64,000 nucleotides of DNA from NCBI GenBank assembly GCA_002269645.1, contig NIVC01001430.1, positions 1-64,000 on the forward strand, given 5' to 3'. Position 1 is the stretch's first letter. Each line of letters opens with the position of its first letter. Positions 12,408-24,389 of the stretch are shown here, in pieces. The notes beneath the pieces are model-generated. The model was not told where the DNA came from, did no database searches, and saw nothing but the letters and a program-made list of their open reading frames with translations. The position numbers and the translations under genes are program-made. Origin of the DNA: Macrostomum lignano. Its lineage: Eukaryota.

Positions 12408-14173
12408 GACGGAGATGAGACTCTGTGGACCAATCAGGACCCGCGAACTCGCATGCTGATGCACAAGCTGTGCGCATTCTACGGCCTCGATCACAACATA
12501 ATGGGCCCCTACCAGAACAACACAATCAGAATTGAACGTCAAAAAGATCGATTTCGCAATTGGAATTTTTCTGTCAGCGATCTGGCCAGATACTACGAGT
12601 TGAGAGACCTGCTGCAACAGTCTGGCAGCACCGGCGGTGGTCAAAACGGCGGCGGAGCTAACAAAGAGGCCAGCCCCACTGTGCTGTTGAATGGCCAGCA
12701 GCAGCAGCAGCAGCCCTCTTCATCAACTTCCGGTTCCGGGGATCACCAACCCTCGCCGACTGGGAAGAAGGCTGCGCCAGTAGCAGGAGGCGGTGGCGCT
12801 GGTCCCCCCGGCCGCCGCAGATGCAGTCGCCGGCATCGTCAGGCAGTTCAAAGCATCATCCACACGGCGTGCCTAATCAGGCCGGCGGCGGCAGCGGGCA
12901 CCGCGCCGGCGGACCCCCGTACGAGGATTTTAATAATCGTCGACGCAAAGAAATTGGCGGCGGTGTTGGCGGCTCGCCGTCGCCTTCGTCAGCAGCAGTC
13001 GTTGGGCAGTCTGGAGTGCGGCAACAGCAGCACCAGCCGCATCATCAGCATCAGCAATCGATGGATGAGGCATCGGCAGGTGCATCAGGCGGCAGGCCCT
13101 GCTCAGGAACGGCCAGTCCCCAGCCAAATTACTATGCCCCGGTTTACCTTAGAGACGATACGCAGGTGTTCCGGCTGCTGCCCTGTCGGGTATCTGAGCT
13201 CAATAGAGGCGAGCCAGTCTACCTGGACGCTCGCGGGCCCCTAATCAGCGCTGCCGATGGCTGCAGTCTGTACAGATTCGATCCAGAGCAGCGCAATGCT
13301 CTGGCCCAGGCTCCGCTGTCTGTGCAGCCTAATCTGCCTGCTCAGCTGCCACAACAGCATCAGCAGCAGCATCATCTCACTGGCCAGCGACTACCTCCGC
13401 CGCCTCCGATGCAGCATCAGCAGCAGCATCAGCAACAGGCTCAGCATCTCGCTGCCGAGCATTACACAGCCGTGTCGCTTTCGCAGCAGCAGCAACCGCA
13501 ACAGCAGCAGATATTTTATCAGGCTGTCACACCTGCTCAGATTGCTGCCTATCATCACCAGCAACAGCAGCACCACCAGCAGCAGCATCAGCAGCACTAT
13601 TCTCAAGCTTCAATTGTTCCCGCTTATCCTTCGGCCGCTGCTGTTCAACCCGCCGCTGCGCCAGTGTACATCCATCAACAGCATCAGCATCAACAGTCCG
13701 CCGCCGCTGCAGCAGCCGCTGCCGCTGCCGCCGCCGCTGCCGCTCATCAGCACGTGGCTTCGCCTCCGCCGCAGCCTCCGCCACCGCCGCCTCAGCAGCC
13801 GCAGCCGCCAACCACGCATCAGCTGCATCATCAGCATCAGCATTCTGTTGCGGCAGTTGCGGCCGCGGCTGCTCAGCACTATCAGCAGCAGCAGCAGGCT
13901 GCTCTGTACGCAGCAGCTTACCACCAGCAGCAGCAACAGCAGCAGCAGCAATACCAGCACATGGCAGCAGCTGCTCGATTTGCTCAGGGCCCGGCTTTTC
14001 AGTTTGTGCCTCAGCATCAGCCGCAGCAGCATCCGCAGTCTGCCGCTACCGCTGCCGCCGCAGCCGCCGCCGCCGCTGCTCAAATGAGATTCTCGCAACA
14101 GCAACAGCAGCAATACACAGGAGGTGGCGGCGGAGCCGGTGGCCCCGCAGACTCTCAGCGATCTTCATCTTGA
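12408..14173 (+). CDS. R3H-domain protein, exon 2 (R3H core plus long Q/A/H/P-rich tail; one apparent frameshift)
   Basis: Phase-0 acceptor ctccccgcag|GAC; RMLMHKLCAFYGLDHN is the R-x3-H motif (cf. RMLLHRVAAYFGMDHN). The reading shifts from ORF 12168 to ORF 12821 at the C6 run 12804-12809. Stop TGA at 14171-14173. Confidence 0.75.
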
Positions 14174-14395
14174 GTAGACAGTCTGATTGATAAAATGTTG
14201 AAATGAAGAATCACTAATTCTTATTGAGATGATTGGATTTATTATTATATCTAATATTTGCGCTGAGAGTAACTTGCAGTGAGTCCTCTCACGACTATTT
14301 ATAAATATTACTGTTTCTGTGCCTCTGCTTTGGACCTGACTTTCTCTAGGATAGAGATCTTATACCAGCCTGAAAGTGAATTTAGATCTGAAATT

Positions 14396-14808
14396 CGCCG
14401 AAGGATCACCTGAGGCTCCGCCGAAGGATCACCTGAGGCTCCGCCGAAGGATCACCTGAGGCTCCGCCGAAGGATCACCTGAGGCTCCGCCGAAGGATCA
14501 CCTGAGGCTCCGCCGAAGGATCACCTGAGGCTCCGCCGAAGGATCACCTGAGGCTCCGCCGAAGGATCACCTGAGGCTCCGCCGAAGGATCACCTGAGGC
14601 TCCGCCGAAGGATCACCTGAGGCTCCGCCGAAGGATCACCTGAGGCTCCGCCGAAGGATCACCTGAGGCTCCGCCGAAGGATCACCTGAGGCTCCGCCGA
14701 AGGATCACCTGAGGCTCCGCCGAAGGATCACCTGAGGCTCCGCCGAAGGATCACCTGAGGCTCCGCCGAAGGATCACCTGAGGCTCCGCCGAAGGATCAC
14801 CTGAGGCT
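14396..14808. repeat. Perfect 23-bp tandem repeat (ccgccgaaggatcacctgaggct) x18
   Basis: Identical copies, no spacers. Confidence 0.95.
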
Positions 14809-17209
14809 GAGGTTTATGAGTCTAATTAAGGACAACAGGAAAGCGAGAAAAGAAGTACAGGTCAAGGCTAATGAGGTTCGGATTTCAGTGGCAGGTTAAA
14901 ACCGTATTTAACCAGTTTTGTCTCTTGATGGCGTATTTACCTAAGTAACTGTCTGCTCTCACGCTCTGCCACTTGTATTGGAATATATTGTAGCCCATCT
15001 GCTCTACTCAAAAACAGAATTTAAAATTCTCTAGTCTATCAAGATGTCTCCGCTGCTATGAAAGTGCAACCTGTCCCATAGTGTGTATTTGGAATATTTT
15101 GTAGCTAGTAATAGCAGCAATCGATTGCAGCCCAGTGCCGTGCCCAACTAAACTCTAGTAAAGAAGTCTAATCTCTTCCAACACCATCCTGCTGTTGTTA
15201 ATTTGTTAATTTTTTAATCAAACTAATTACATTTTAGTTGCTCGCACGCGTTAAAGCTACTGAAAGTAGCATTTGCTTAAGTTATGCCCTCTTGTTTTAA
15301 ACTGTTTGATTTTGTCTTTTTTGTTTGTTTGTTTTTATTTTTAACTGTTAATAAAAAGCCGGCAAATGTTTTTTGTGTAATTTGTTCAAAATGGTACTAC
15401 TAAAACTAAGTAGGGTGTCCGCCAATCGGGTAGTAAATACTAATTAGATGACGAGGCATTGCTGCTATAATGTTAAGTCATATTTACTCCCGCTTTTTAC
15501 CTACTAGTTGCGCGGACAATATATATTTTAAATTAAATTGATTTCAGTTGCAATATTTTTAACTAAGCCAACGAATCTTCTTCATCCTGTCCCAGGCTTA
15601 ATCATTTTGCCTCAGCGATCGTGCCTGCATTTCTAGCTCACACACTGTCTCCCCCCTCTTCCCCCTCTCTATCTTTTGTTACGGTTACCTTGGTTGAAAT
15701 TTTTGGGAAGTTAACTTAGTTAGCTTCCGAAATTATTTGCTTTGTTATTTGCTCCGAAATAACTTTTATCTCATTCACATCGTGTTTCAATTGTCTAAGG
15801 TTGGTCTGCTTGTCTGTTGGCCTATGTAGGATTAAACTGCTGTCAATTTATATTGTACTCGATGTCAGGAAGCACTTTTTATTTACTACTGTATGCTAAT
15901 GTACCAGTTTCCAATCCAAGTCCAAGAAAGACTGGTCCCTAATTGTCTATGGCCCAAACCGAGGTCAATTAGGCTTGGCTCCGCAGACCCCTTTTTGGGC
16001 CATAGACAGTGAAAAGCAAGAAGTCTTCAATAGCTTCTTGATATCTTAGACTCATTTGGCTTGGAAAATGTTATGACCGTTACTCTCATTAATTATTAAT
16101 TACAGTTATTATTATTACAGTAATTAGAATGATACTTAACTTAAAAAACACCAATTCGCAAATCTTGAATCAAGTCCTGTGATTGATTTTGTGCGTGGTT
16201 TTTTTCAATTTAATTGTTCTGTCTTCATTGCTTATATCAGATTGTGTTACTATTTAACATATATTAGTGCATCCGTTTCGTCAGAACTGTTTTGCATTGC
16301 GCTCCGTCTGTTTCTGCTAGCCCATACATATAGATTTTTATTACTTGTTTAGTTAACACGCAACCAAATGTTTCTACTCTTGTCACTTGTCAGTAGCAAG
16401 TAAGGAAAATGAGAGACTTCTTCAGATAAGGAAAGGCAAATCAAATTGTCACGTGACTCGCATCGATTTATCAGTTGGGTTCGATGTACATTGGTGTAGC
16501 TCAATGTACACTGGCTGTTTAAACTCCGCGGCATGGGCTGGGCAAATAGAATTGAGGGTGCACCAAGAGAAAATAAACCTAGAGTTATGTCTTAATGTTA
16601 TACTACTGAATTGGAAGTAGCACGAGCGCTTATGGAGCGCTTTTTTGACTCTGCTAGAACAGAAAATGAAATTCTCATTTTGAACAGTATATCTCACTGA
16701 TTGGCATCATTTATTACCTGTTATTTTGTTGCTTAATTTTACCTGCTCTAAATCCTCCCTTTATATATTTATTATCTCTCTCCTTCAGTCTCGTTTGTGA
16801 TGCTATTTGTGGCGCGTACAATATGAGATTATAAACTAATCTTAGTGGCTGGCGTTAACTGGCTCATTAATATATAGATAATACCTTATTTGTAGCTAGG
16901 TAAGTATTCTCATCTTTTAATACTTATATTATATGTTTACTAATGTTTCTTTCGACCTAACCGAAAAATGCTCATCGTGCTATACATTGTAACTTAAAAT
17001 AAGTAATTTGTATTATTAATAATAATATTAATATCCGTATGTAGCCTAACGGTTAAACAAAAAATATAACAACAAGTAGCTATGCGCTGACACACGCAAG
17101 AAAGACGCATTGTACTTTCAATACAATTCTTGTTCTAAGCCAAATATTTTATTGTTTGGTTTTTTGTCTTCTTTGTTTTTCATTTTTATTCTTTGAACAG
17201 GGCGCCCGG

Positions 17210-19135
17210 ACATTCAAGGATTGTCGAGGGTGCTGATTCAGGAGTGTCAGGGTGCTGATTCATGAGTGTCAGGGGTGCTGATTCATGAGTGTCAGGGGTG
17301 CTGATTCATGAGTGTCAGGGGTGCTGATTCAGGATTGTCAGGGGTGCTGATTCATGAGTGTCAGGGGTGCTGATTCAGGAGTGTCAGGGTGCTGATTCAG
17401 GAGTGTCAGGGTGCTGATTCATGAGTGTCAGGGGTGCTGATTCAGGAGTGTCAGGGGTGCTGATTCAGGAGTGTCAGGGGTGCTGATTCATGCGTGTCAG
17501 GGGTGCTGATTCATGATTGTCAGGGGCATTCAGGATTGTCGAGGGTGCTGATTCATGCGTGTCAGGGGTGCTGATTCAGGGTTGTCAGGGGTGCTGATTC
17601 AGGATTGTCAGGGGTGCTGATTCAGGAGTGTCAGGGGTGCTGATTCAGGGGTGTCAGGGGTGCTGATTCAGGGGTGTCAGGGTGCTGATTCATGCGTGTC
17701 AGGGGTGCTGATTCAGGGGTGTCAGGAGTGCTGATTCAGGAGTGTCAGGGGTGCTGATTCAGGGGTGTCAGGGGTGCTGATTCAGGATTGTCAGGGGTGC
17801 TGATTCAGGATTGTCAGGGGTGCTGATTCAGGATTGTCAGGGGTGCTGATTCAGGGGTGTCAGGGGTGCTGATTCATGAGTGTCAGGGGTGCTGATTCAG
17901 GGGTGTCAGGGGTGCTGATTCATGAGTGTCAGGGGTGCTGATTCATGAGTGTCAGGGGTGCTGATTCATGAGTGTCAGGGGTGCTGATTCAGGGGTGTCA
18001 GGGGTGCTGATTCATGAGTGTCAGGGGTGCTGATTCAGGGGTGTCAGGGGTGCTGATTCGGTGAGTGTCAGGGGTGCTGATTCGGTGAGTGTCAGGGGTG
18101 CTGATTCAGGGGTGTCAGGGGTGCTGATTCATGCGTGTCAGGGGTGCTGATTCATGAGTGTCAGGGGTGCTGATTCAGGAGTGTCAGGGGTGCTGATTCA
18201 TGCGTGTCAGGGGTGCTGATTCAGGGGTGTCAGGGGTGCTGATTCATGAGTGTCAGGGGTGCTGATTCAGGAGTGTCAGGGGTGCTGATTCAGGGGTGTC
18301 AGGGGTGCTGATTCGGTGAGTGTCAGGGGTGCTGATTCAGGAGTGTCAGGGGTGCTGATTCAGTGGTGTCAGGGGTGCTGATTCAGGAGTGTCAGGGGTG
18401 CTGATTCATGCGTGTCAGGGGTGCTGATTCAGGATTGTCAGGGGTGCTGATTCAGTGAGTGTCAGGGGTGCTGATTCATGAGTGTCAGGGGTGCTGATTC
18501 ATGCGTGTCAGGGGTGCTGATTCAGGGGTGTCAGGGGTGCTGATTCATGAGTGTCAGGGGTGCTGATTCAGGAGTGTCAGGGGTGCTGATTCAGGGGTGT
18601 CAGGGGTGCTGATTCGGTGAGTGTCAGGGGTGCTGATTCAGGAGTGTCAGGGGTGCTGATTCAGTGGTGTCAGGGGTGCTGATTCAGGAGTGTCAGGGGT
18701 GCTGATTCATGCGTGTCAGGGGTGCTGATTCAGGAGTGTCAGGGGTGCTGATTCAGGAGTGTCAGGGGTGCTGATTCATGCGTGTCAGGGGTGCTGATTC
18801 AGGAGTGTCAGGGGTGCTGATTCAGGAGTGTCAGGGGTGCTGATTCATGCGTGTCAGGGGTGCTGATTCAGGAGTGTCAGGGGTGCTGATTCAGGAGTGT
18901 CAGGGGTGCTGATTCATGCGTGTCAGGGGTGCTGATTCAGGAGTGTCAGGGGTGCTGATTCAGGAGTGTCAGGGGTGCTGATTCAGGAGTGTCAGGGATG
19001 CTGATTCAGGATTGTCAGGGGTGCTGATTCAGGGGTGTCAGGGGTGCTGATTCATGCGTGTCAGGGGTGCTGATTCAGGGTTGTCAGGGGTGTCAGGGGT
19101 GCTGATTCAGGGTTGTCAGGGGTGCTGATTCAGTG
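17210..19135. repeat. 23-bp minisatellite (gtgtcaggggtgctgattca-nnn), about 1.9 kb
   Basis: About 83 copies with variation confined mostly to 3 positions. Confidence 0.95.
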
Positions 19136-19855
19136 AGTGAAGATGGCACGAACAGCCAGAAATCTCATGCCTCATCGCCAGATCGTTCTCTCGAGATGAA
19201 AGAATAAAAATATTCATAATATGATGGATGCCTATCAATAATCTTAAAAGTGTTTTAAAAATACATATAGAGATATTTTTCTTCTGCAAAACAGAAATGT
19301 TAATATGGAATTGTTTTTGTTGTTGCATTTTTAAGAGCAAAATGGCATTCAGGGCTATAGAAGTGTGATATAAAACTTATGGACAGATTCTTGTTGCAAT
19401 TTGCATGCGTGCCCTGAGAGATGTACATTTATCGGGGGTGGGTGGGGGTGTTTGAGGGCTGGCGCGCGGAAAACGTGAATATGAAGAGTCAGTTGCTTTG
19501 TCGTTTGAACGAATAGACACTGCATCAACCACAATAAGTGATTGTACAGTGCGCATAGGCTGTGGGCTACTAAAGGCTCTGTATGTTTAGGGAGCGAGGG
19601 CGAGAGCAAGAGAGAGAGAGAAAGAATGTCAAAAACACGGAGAAAAAATTGACAAAAGGCTGCTTGCACCACCTCTCGGTCTTAAGAAGCTGCGCACGTG
19701 TCACGCGCTCTTAACCCCTCACCTGTACCCCCACCCCCACCCCGCATACCCCTTGTCGTTGCCGCCTTAAATTTCAGCGCCCTGCATCTGTGCCTCCCGA
19801 GTGCTGTCTTGACATTTTAGCTAGTATCATCACACATCGTTTCGTCATTAAACTT

Positions 19856-20145
19856 ATGGCAGCTGCGGTGAAGTCAAGCGGCTTGAAGCTCTCAGGTACA
19901 GCCGCGGCAGCTGGTCATCGCGCTGACAGCAACGTCGGGGATGCCTGCACCGAGATCTCCTTCGGCTCCATTGGCGACGACGAATCTGTGGTTGTCGGCG
20001 GTGGTGGCAACGGCGGCGGCGGCATTCCGGAGCAGCTGCTGGACAGTATCGGGCTGGCCGAGTACAGCAACGACGAGAAGTTCCAGTTGGACAGCGTGTT
20101 GCAGAGGGTCCACGCTGCTCAGGCGATGGACGAGAAGCGGAAAGA
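19856..20145 (+). CDS. SYTL4/5: Synaptotagmin-like protein (Slp4/5, bitesize-like), exon 1
   Basis: ATG at 19856; EKFQLDSVLQRVHAAQAMDEKRK is the first helix of the Rab-binding domain; phase-2 donor GA|GTGAGT. Confidence 0.75.
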
Positions 20146-20221
20146 GTGAGTGAGAGACGTTTATTATACACGTGTCTGGCAAGTTTGTCTAACACACATA
20201 GCTTGGGTCTAACACTATCTG

Positions 20222-20358
20222 GAACGGGTTGTAGACCAGTGGTTAGAGCGTTGGATTCGCGACTGGAAGGTCGGGGGTTCGATTCCCAATCCCACTAGAA
20301 CCAATTTGTGTTCTTAAGCAAGACACTTAACTCTGCATTGCTTCAGTTCACCCAGCTT
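20222..20358 (+). mobile_element. tRNA-derived SINE with CORE-like domain, 3'-truncated, in SYTL intron 1
   Basis: A-box-like TAGACCAGTGGTTAGAGCG and B box GGTTCGATTCCC (20276-20287), followed by TGTGTTCTTAAGCAAGACACTTAACTCTGCATTGCTTCAGTTCACCCAGCT. No tRNA acceptor-stem closure. Confidence 0.7.
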
Positions 20359-20512
20359 TCAGATGCGCCGCGCAATAGCTGCGGCTGAGCTGGCCCGATT
20401 GAGGCAGCTGTGATCAATTATTTTTATTATCAGGATGTTGATGCTTTGTGTCTATCAGGTTTATTGCTTGTATCTTAACAAGCTCACGTCAATTTCTATT
20501 CCTACCCTCCAG

Positions 20513-20847
20513 ACGACTTCGTCAGCAGCTGCAGACGGCCCTGACCGAGGCCAGTTCAGTTCAGGAGAGACTGCAATCAGGCCTGCTGTACACAATGTGC
20601 GAGCTCTGCGGCGGCAAGCTCTACCCGTTCAGTAAGCGCTACGTTTGCCAGCGCTGCCAGAACCTCGCCTGCTCCAACTGCGTCCATCTGGTGCACAAGT
20701 CTGTGCAGTGCCACCTGTGCCATCTGGAGTTCGTCACCGAGGCCCAGTCTGGAGAATGGTTCCTGGCTGAGGTGCGGCGCAGGACCGAGCGAGCCTACTT
20801 TGGCCCCGAGATTTTGCGGGCATCGCTGAGGAGGGAGCGAAAACGGC
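20513..20847 (+). CDS. SYTL4/5: Synaptotagmin-like protein exon 2: Rab-binding domain zinc finger and SGEWF motif
   Basis: CELC..CQRC..CSNC..CHLC followed by SGEWF (Slp homology domain); acceptor ccctccag, donor C|GTGAGT; phases consistent. Confidence 0.9.
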
Positions 20848-20867
20848 GTGAGTGTCCGGGGGGAGAT

Positions 20868-21350
20868 CTGATAGATGCCTTATATATGTCAGATAGATGT
20901 CTTATGGAGATGGCTGATAGATGCCTTGTAGATGTCAGATAGATGTCTTATGGAGATGGCTGATAGATGCCTTATAGATGTCAGATAGATTTCTTATGGA
21001 GATGGCTGATAGATGCCTTATAGATGTCAGATAGATGTCTTATGGAGATGACTGATAGATGCCTTATAGATGTCAGATAGATGTCTTATGGAGATGGCTG
21101 ATAGATGCCTTATATATGTCAGATAGATGTCTTATGGAGATGGCTGATAGATGCCTTATAGATTTCTGATAGATGCCTTATATAGATTTCTTATAGATGT
21201 CCTATAGCGATGTCTGATAGATGTCTGATAAATATGTCTGATAGAGATGTCTGATAGATGCCTTATATAGATTTCTTATAGATGTCCTATAGCGATGTCT
21301 GATAGATGTCTTATAAATATGTCTGATAGAGATGTCTGATAGATGCCTTA
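20868..21350. repeat. 46-bp minisatellite in SYTL intron 2
   Basis: atagatgtcttatggagatggctgatagatgccttatagatgtcag repeats, decaying toward the 3' end. Confidence 0.9.
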
Positions 21351-21351
21351 G

Positions 21352-21833
21352 ACAGATCTAACAGACGCTCTCATCTCCGCGAACCCCTCGTTTCAGTCGT
21401 ATCCGAGGAAAGAATGCGTAGAGCTCCAGCCACGCCTGCGCCCGGCTCCACCGCAGCTGCTGCCCCAGCGGTAGAAGTTGGCGCCGTCTCAAAAACCAAA
21501 GGCGCCGACGAGCCAGACAGCGCCAGTGCCGGGGCAGCGTCGGCGCCGCCGCCAGCTTCTGAAACTCGCCCAGCCGATAGCGGCAAAGAAGACGCTAAAA
21601 AGAAGAAGAAAGACAAGAAAGAAAGAGAGAAAGAGAAGGAGAAGGCGAAGCAGAAGCAGAAAGAGGAGAAGAAACGAGAGAAACGGCGGAGGCACTCGCC
21701 GGAGCTGCCGCCGCCGCCCCCGCCGCCGCCGCCAGTTGAACTAACCGTAATCGAACCATCGGCTGGCGTCATCGTGGAAGCTGATGCTCAGTCAAATCAG
21801 GAAGTGGCCGTTGTCGAAGAAGTCAATGTTCAG
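21352..21833 (+). CDS. SYTL4/5: Synaptotagmin-like protein exon 3 (A/K/E/P-rich linker)
   Basis: Only acceptor ccttag|21352 keeps frame with exon 2; donor CAG|GTGAGC at 21833. Confidence 0.7.
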
Positions 21834-21854
21834 GTGAGCGAAGGTTTTTTTGGG

Positions 21855-22090
21855 GGGCTTTAGCACGAGGGGCGCCAGCATCAGGGGCTTTAGCACCAGG
21901 GGCTTTAGCACCAGGGGCTTTAGCACCAGGGGCTTTAGCACCAGGGGCTTTAGCACCAGGGGCTTTAGCACCAGGGGCTTTAGCACCAGGGGCTTTAGCA
22001 CCAGTAGCTTTAGCACCAAGGGCTTTAGCACCAAGGGCTTTAGCACCAGGGGCTTTAGCACCAGGGGCGCCAGCACCGGGGGCGCCAGCA
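21855..22090. repeat. 15-bp minisatellite (ggggctttagcacca) in SYTL intron 3
   Basis: Direct periodicity; second array at 42975-43086. Confidence 0.95.
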
Positions 22091-22348
22091 CTCACACGAG
22101 TGTACAGCGGCCCTAACTTTACGAGCGTATTTATCGTAATGCATGTACACTTCACTTTGCCTTGGGGTGTTTGTCCCTCAAGCTGGGCGTCAATTGCACG
22201 AGCAGAGCCAAGCCGAGATTCCAATTTAGCCCCAAATTAATGCGACTGCACTTAGAATCGAGCCTAGGCCGCTGGCACATCAGATTGCCCTGCTAATACA
22301 TGGTACCTGTAGTCTTAACTCGCAAACCCAATCTTTCCCACCGTACAG

Positions 22349-22759
22349 ATGGAAGCCGCCGCCCCTGAAGCTGTAGACGGAGACGGCCAGCCGGAGGAGC
22401 AAGATCTGCAACACCAGCAAGAAGCAGAAAATGGGGAAGCGGCAGATGGGGAAGCGGCAGATGGGGAAGCGGCAGATAGGGAAGCGGCAGATGGGGAAGC
22501 GGCAGATGGGGAAGCGGCAGATAGGGAAGCGGCAGATAGGGAAGCGGCAGATGATGGGGAAGCGGCAGGACAAGAACAGGAAGAAGAGCTTGGCGAGCCC
22601 GAGGAACTTGAAGCTGCCGCCTCATCGGGTCCGGTCGCCCCAGAGATTGTTGTCACCGAGGAGATCGCGGATGATGATGAAGATGGAGCTGCTGCGGCTG
22701 CGGCCGAGGCTGACAAAGCCAGCACCTCGGGGACGTCCAACCTGCGGATTGTGGATGCT
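22349..22759 (+). CDS. SYTL4/5: Synaptotagmin-like protein exon 4 (acidic linker with GEAAD repeats)
   Basis: Acceptor ccgtacag|ATG, donor GCT|GTAAGT, 411 nt, phase 0-0. Confidence 0.75.
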
Positions 22760-22769
22760 GTAAGTCTTC

Positions 22770-23112
<343 letters not shown>

Positions 23113-23127
23113 CTCCCACATCCACAG

Positions 23128-23361
23128 CTGAAGCTAAAGCTTCCCTCCCCTATTTGCCAGCCAGCCGTCTCTCTCCCAGACAGGCAGCTCAGTCTCAGTG
23201 GCGCCGCTTTAAATCTTCTAAAGCGACGTCGCTCCTTCTTGAAGCTGTCGGCACCACCGCGACCGCCCCCGCCGATCGTTGAGATCGCCAAGCGGGCATC
23301 GGCGGCTCTTCTGGACCTTCGACTGCGGTCGGTGCTGCACCGGCTGCAGCTTCTGGAAAAA
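23128..23361 (+). CDS. SYTL4/5: Synaptotagmin-like protein probable exon 5
   Basis: Acceptor atccacag|CTG; open phase-0 frame to a weak donor AAA|GTACTT. No recognisable domain, so frame and 3' boundary are uncertain. Confidence 0.45.
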
Positions 23362-23564
23362 GTACTTTTCTTAATTAGCCCTTAAAGCCCTCAGCATCCA
23401 GCTGCGAATGGCCGCTTTTTATACCTTTTGGCGCTGCATTTTATTTCTATCGCGGTGGTTGAGGCGATTTTTAAATTAGATCAATTTTTTGCTTGGTGAT
23501 GGCTGCTTGCGCTAGCTGTACTATCTCACTTTTTCTCCAGTCCGAGCACTCATTCTTCTCATCT

Positions 23565-23870
23565 AATCTCGCCTCATGCTTCTCATCTAATCTCCCCCTC
23601 ATTCTTCTCATCTAATCTCCTCTCATTCTTTTTAGCTAATCTCTAATTCTTCTCACCTAATCTCGCCTCATGCTTCTCATCTAATCTCCCCCTCATTCTT
23701 CTCATCTAATCTCCCCTCATTCTTCTTATTTAATCTTCCTTCATTCTTCTGACCTAATCTCCTCTTATTCTTCTCATCTAATCTCCTCTCATGCTTCTCA
23801 TCTAATCTCCTCTCATTCTTCTCATCTAATCTCCTCTTTTTTCTCATCTAATCCCCCCTCTTTCTCCTCA
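23565..23870. repeat. Degenerate ~22-bp repeat (cattcttctcatctaatctccnct), SYTL intron 5
   Basis: Direct. Confidence 0.85.
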
Positions 23871-23948
23871 TTATTTTATGTAATTTACGATATTCATAGT
23901 GTTACAAACTGGAGTTTAACGCAATAAAATTCGAACATTCCTCATCAG

Positions 23949-24269
23949 ACCAGCTGCGAGTCTGTGCTGAGCAACATCAGCGAGACAGAAGACTCTTACC
24001 GGGGCATTCGCGCCTCAGGCGAGGTGGAAATCTCGGCAAAATTCTCGTCAGGAGTGCTGACCGTGCTAGTGCACCGCTGCCGCAACCTGGCCAGGATCGA
24101 TGGCAGGCAGCCGAGTCCCTACGTGAAGACCTACCTGCTGCCGGACAAGACTAAGCGGTCGAAACGTCGAACCAATGCCCGTCGGGGCACCTGCAATCCG
24201 AGCTTCGGAACTCAGCCGCTGGTGTACCCTGATCTGACCTCTGATGAACTGGAGATGCGGACTCTGCAG
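23949..24269 (+). CDS. SYTL4/5: Synaptotagmin-like protein exon 6, C2A domain start
   Basis: GEVEI..LTVLVHRCRNLA..PSPYVKTYLLPDKTKRSKRRT..CNPSF..RTLQ is typical Slp C2A; acceptor ctcatcag, donor CAG|GTACCA. Confidence 0.9.
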
Positions 24270-24389
24270 GTACCAGCTGGGATTTATGGGTTTATGATTA
24301 TGATCTCTGGCGTTGATTTGTAAGTTGTGATGTTTGATCATGACCATGATCATCATTCATCATTTATCATTTATGATTCATGATTTATG

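Noticed and set aside
14396-14808. CRISPR-like regular 23-bp repeats
   Set aside because: Head-to-tail copies with no unique spacers, eukaryotic context and no cas genes.
20222-20295. Possible tRNA gene
   Set aside because: A and B boxes are present, but no closing acceptor stem and it continues into a CORE-like domain, so it is a SINE head.
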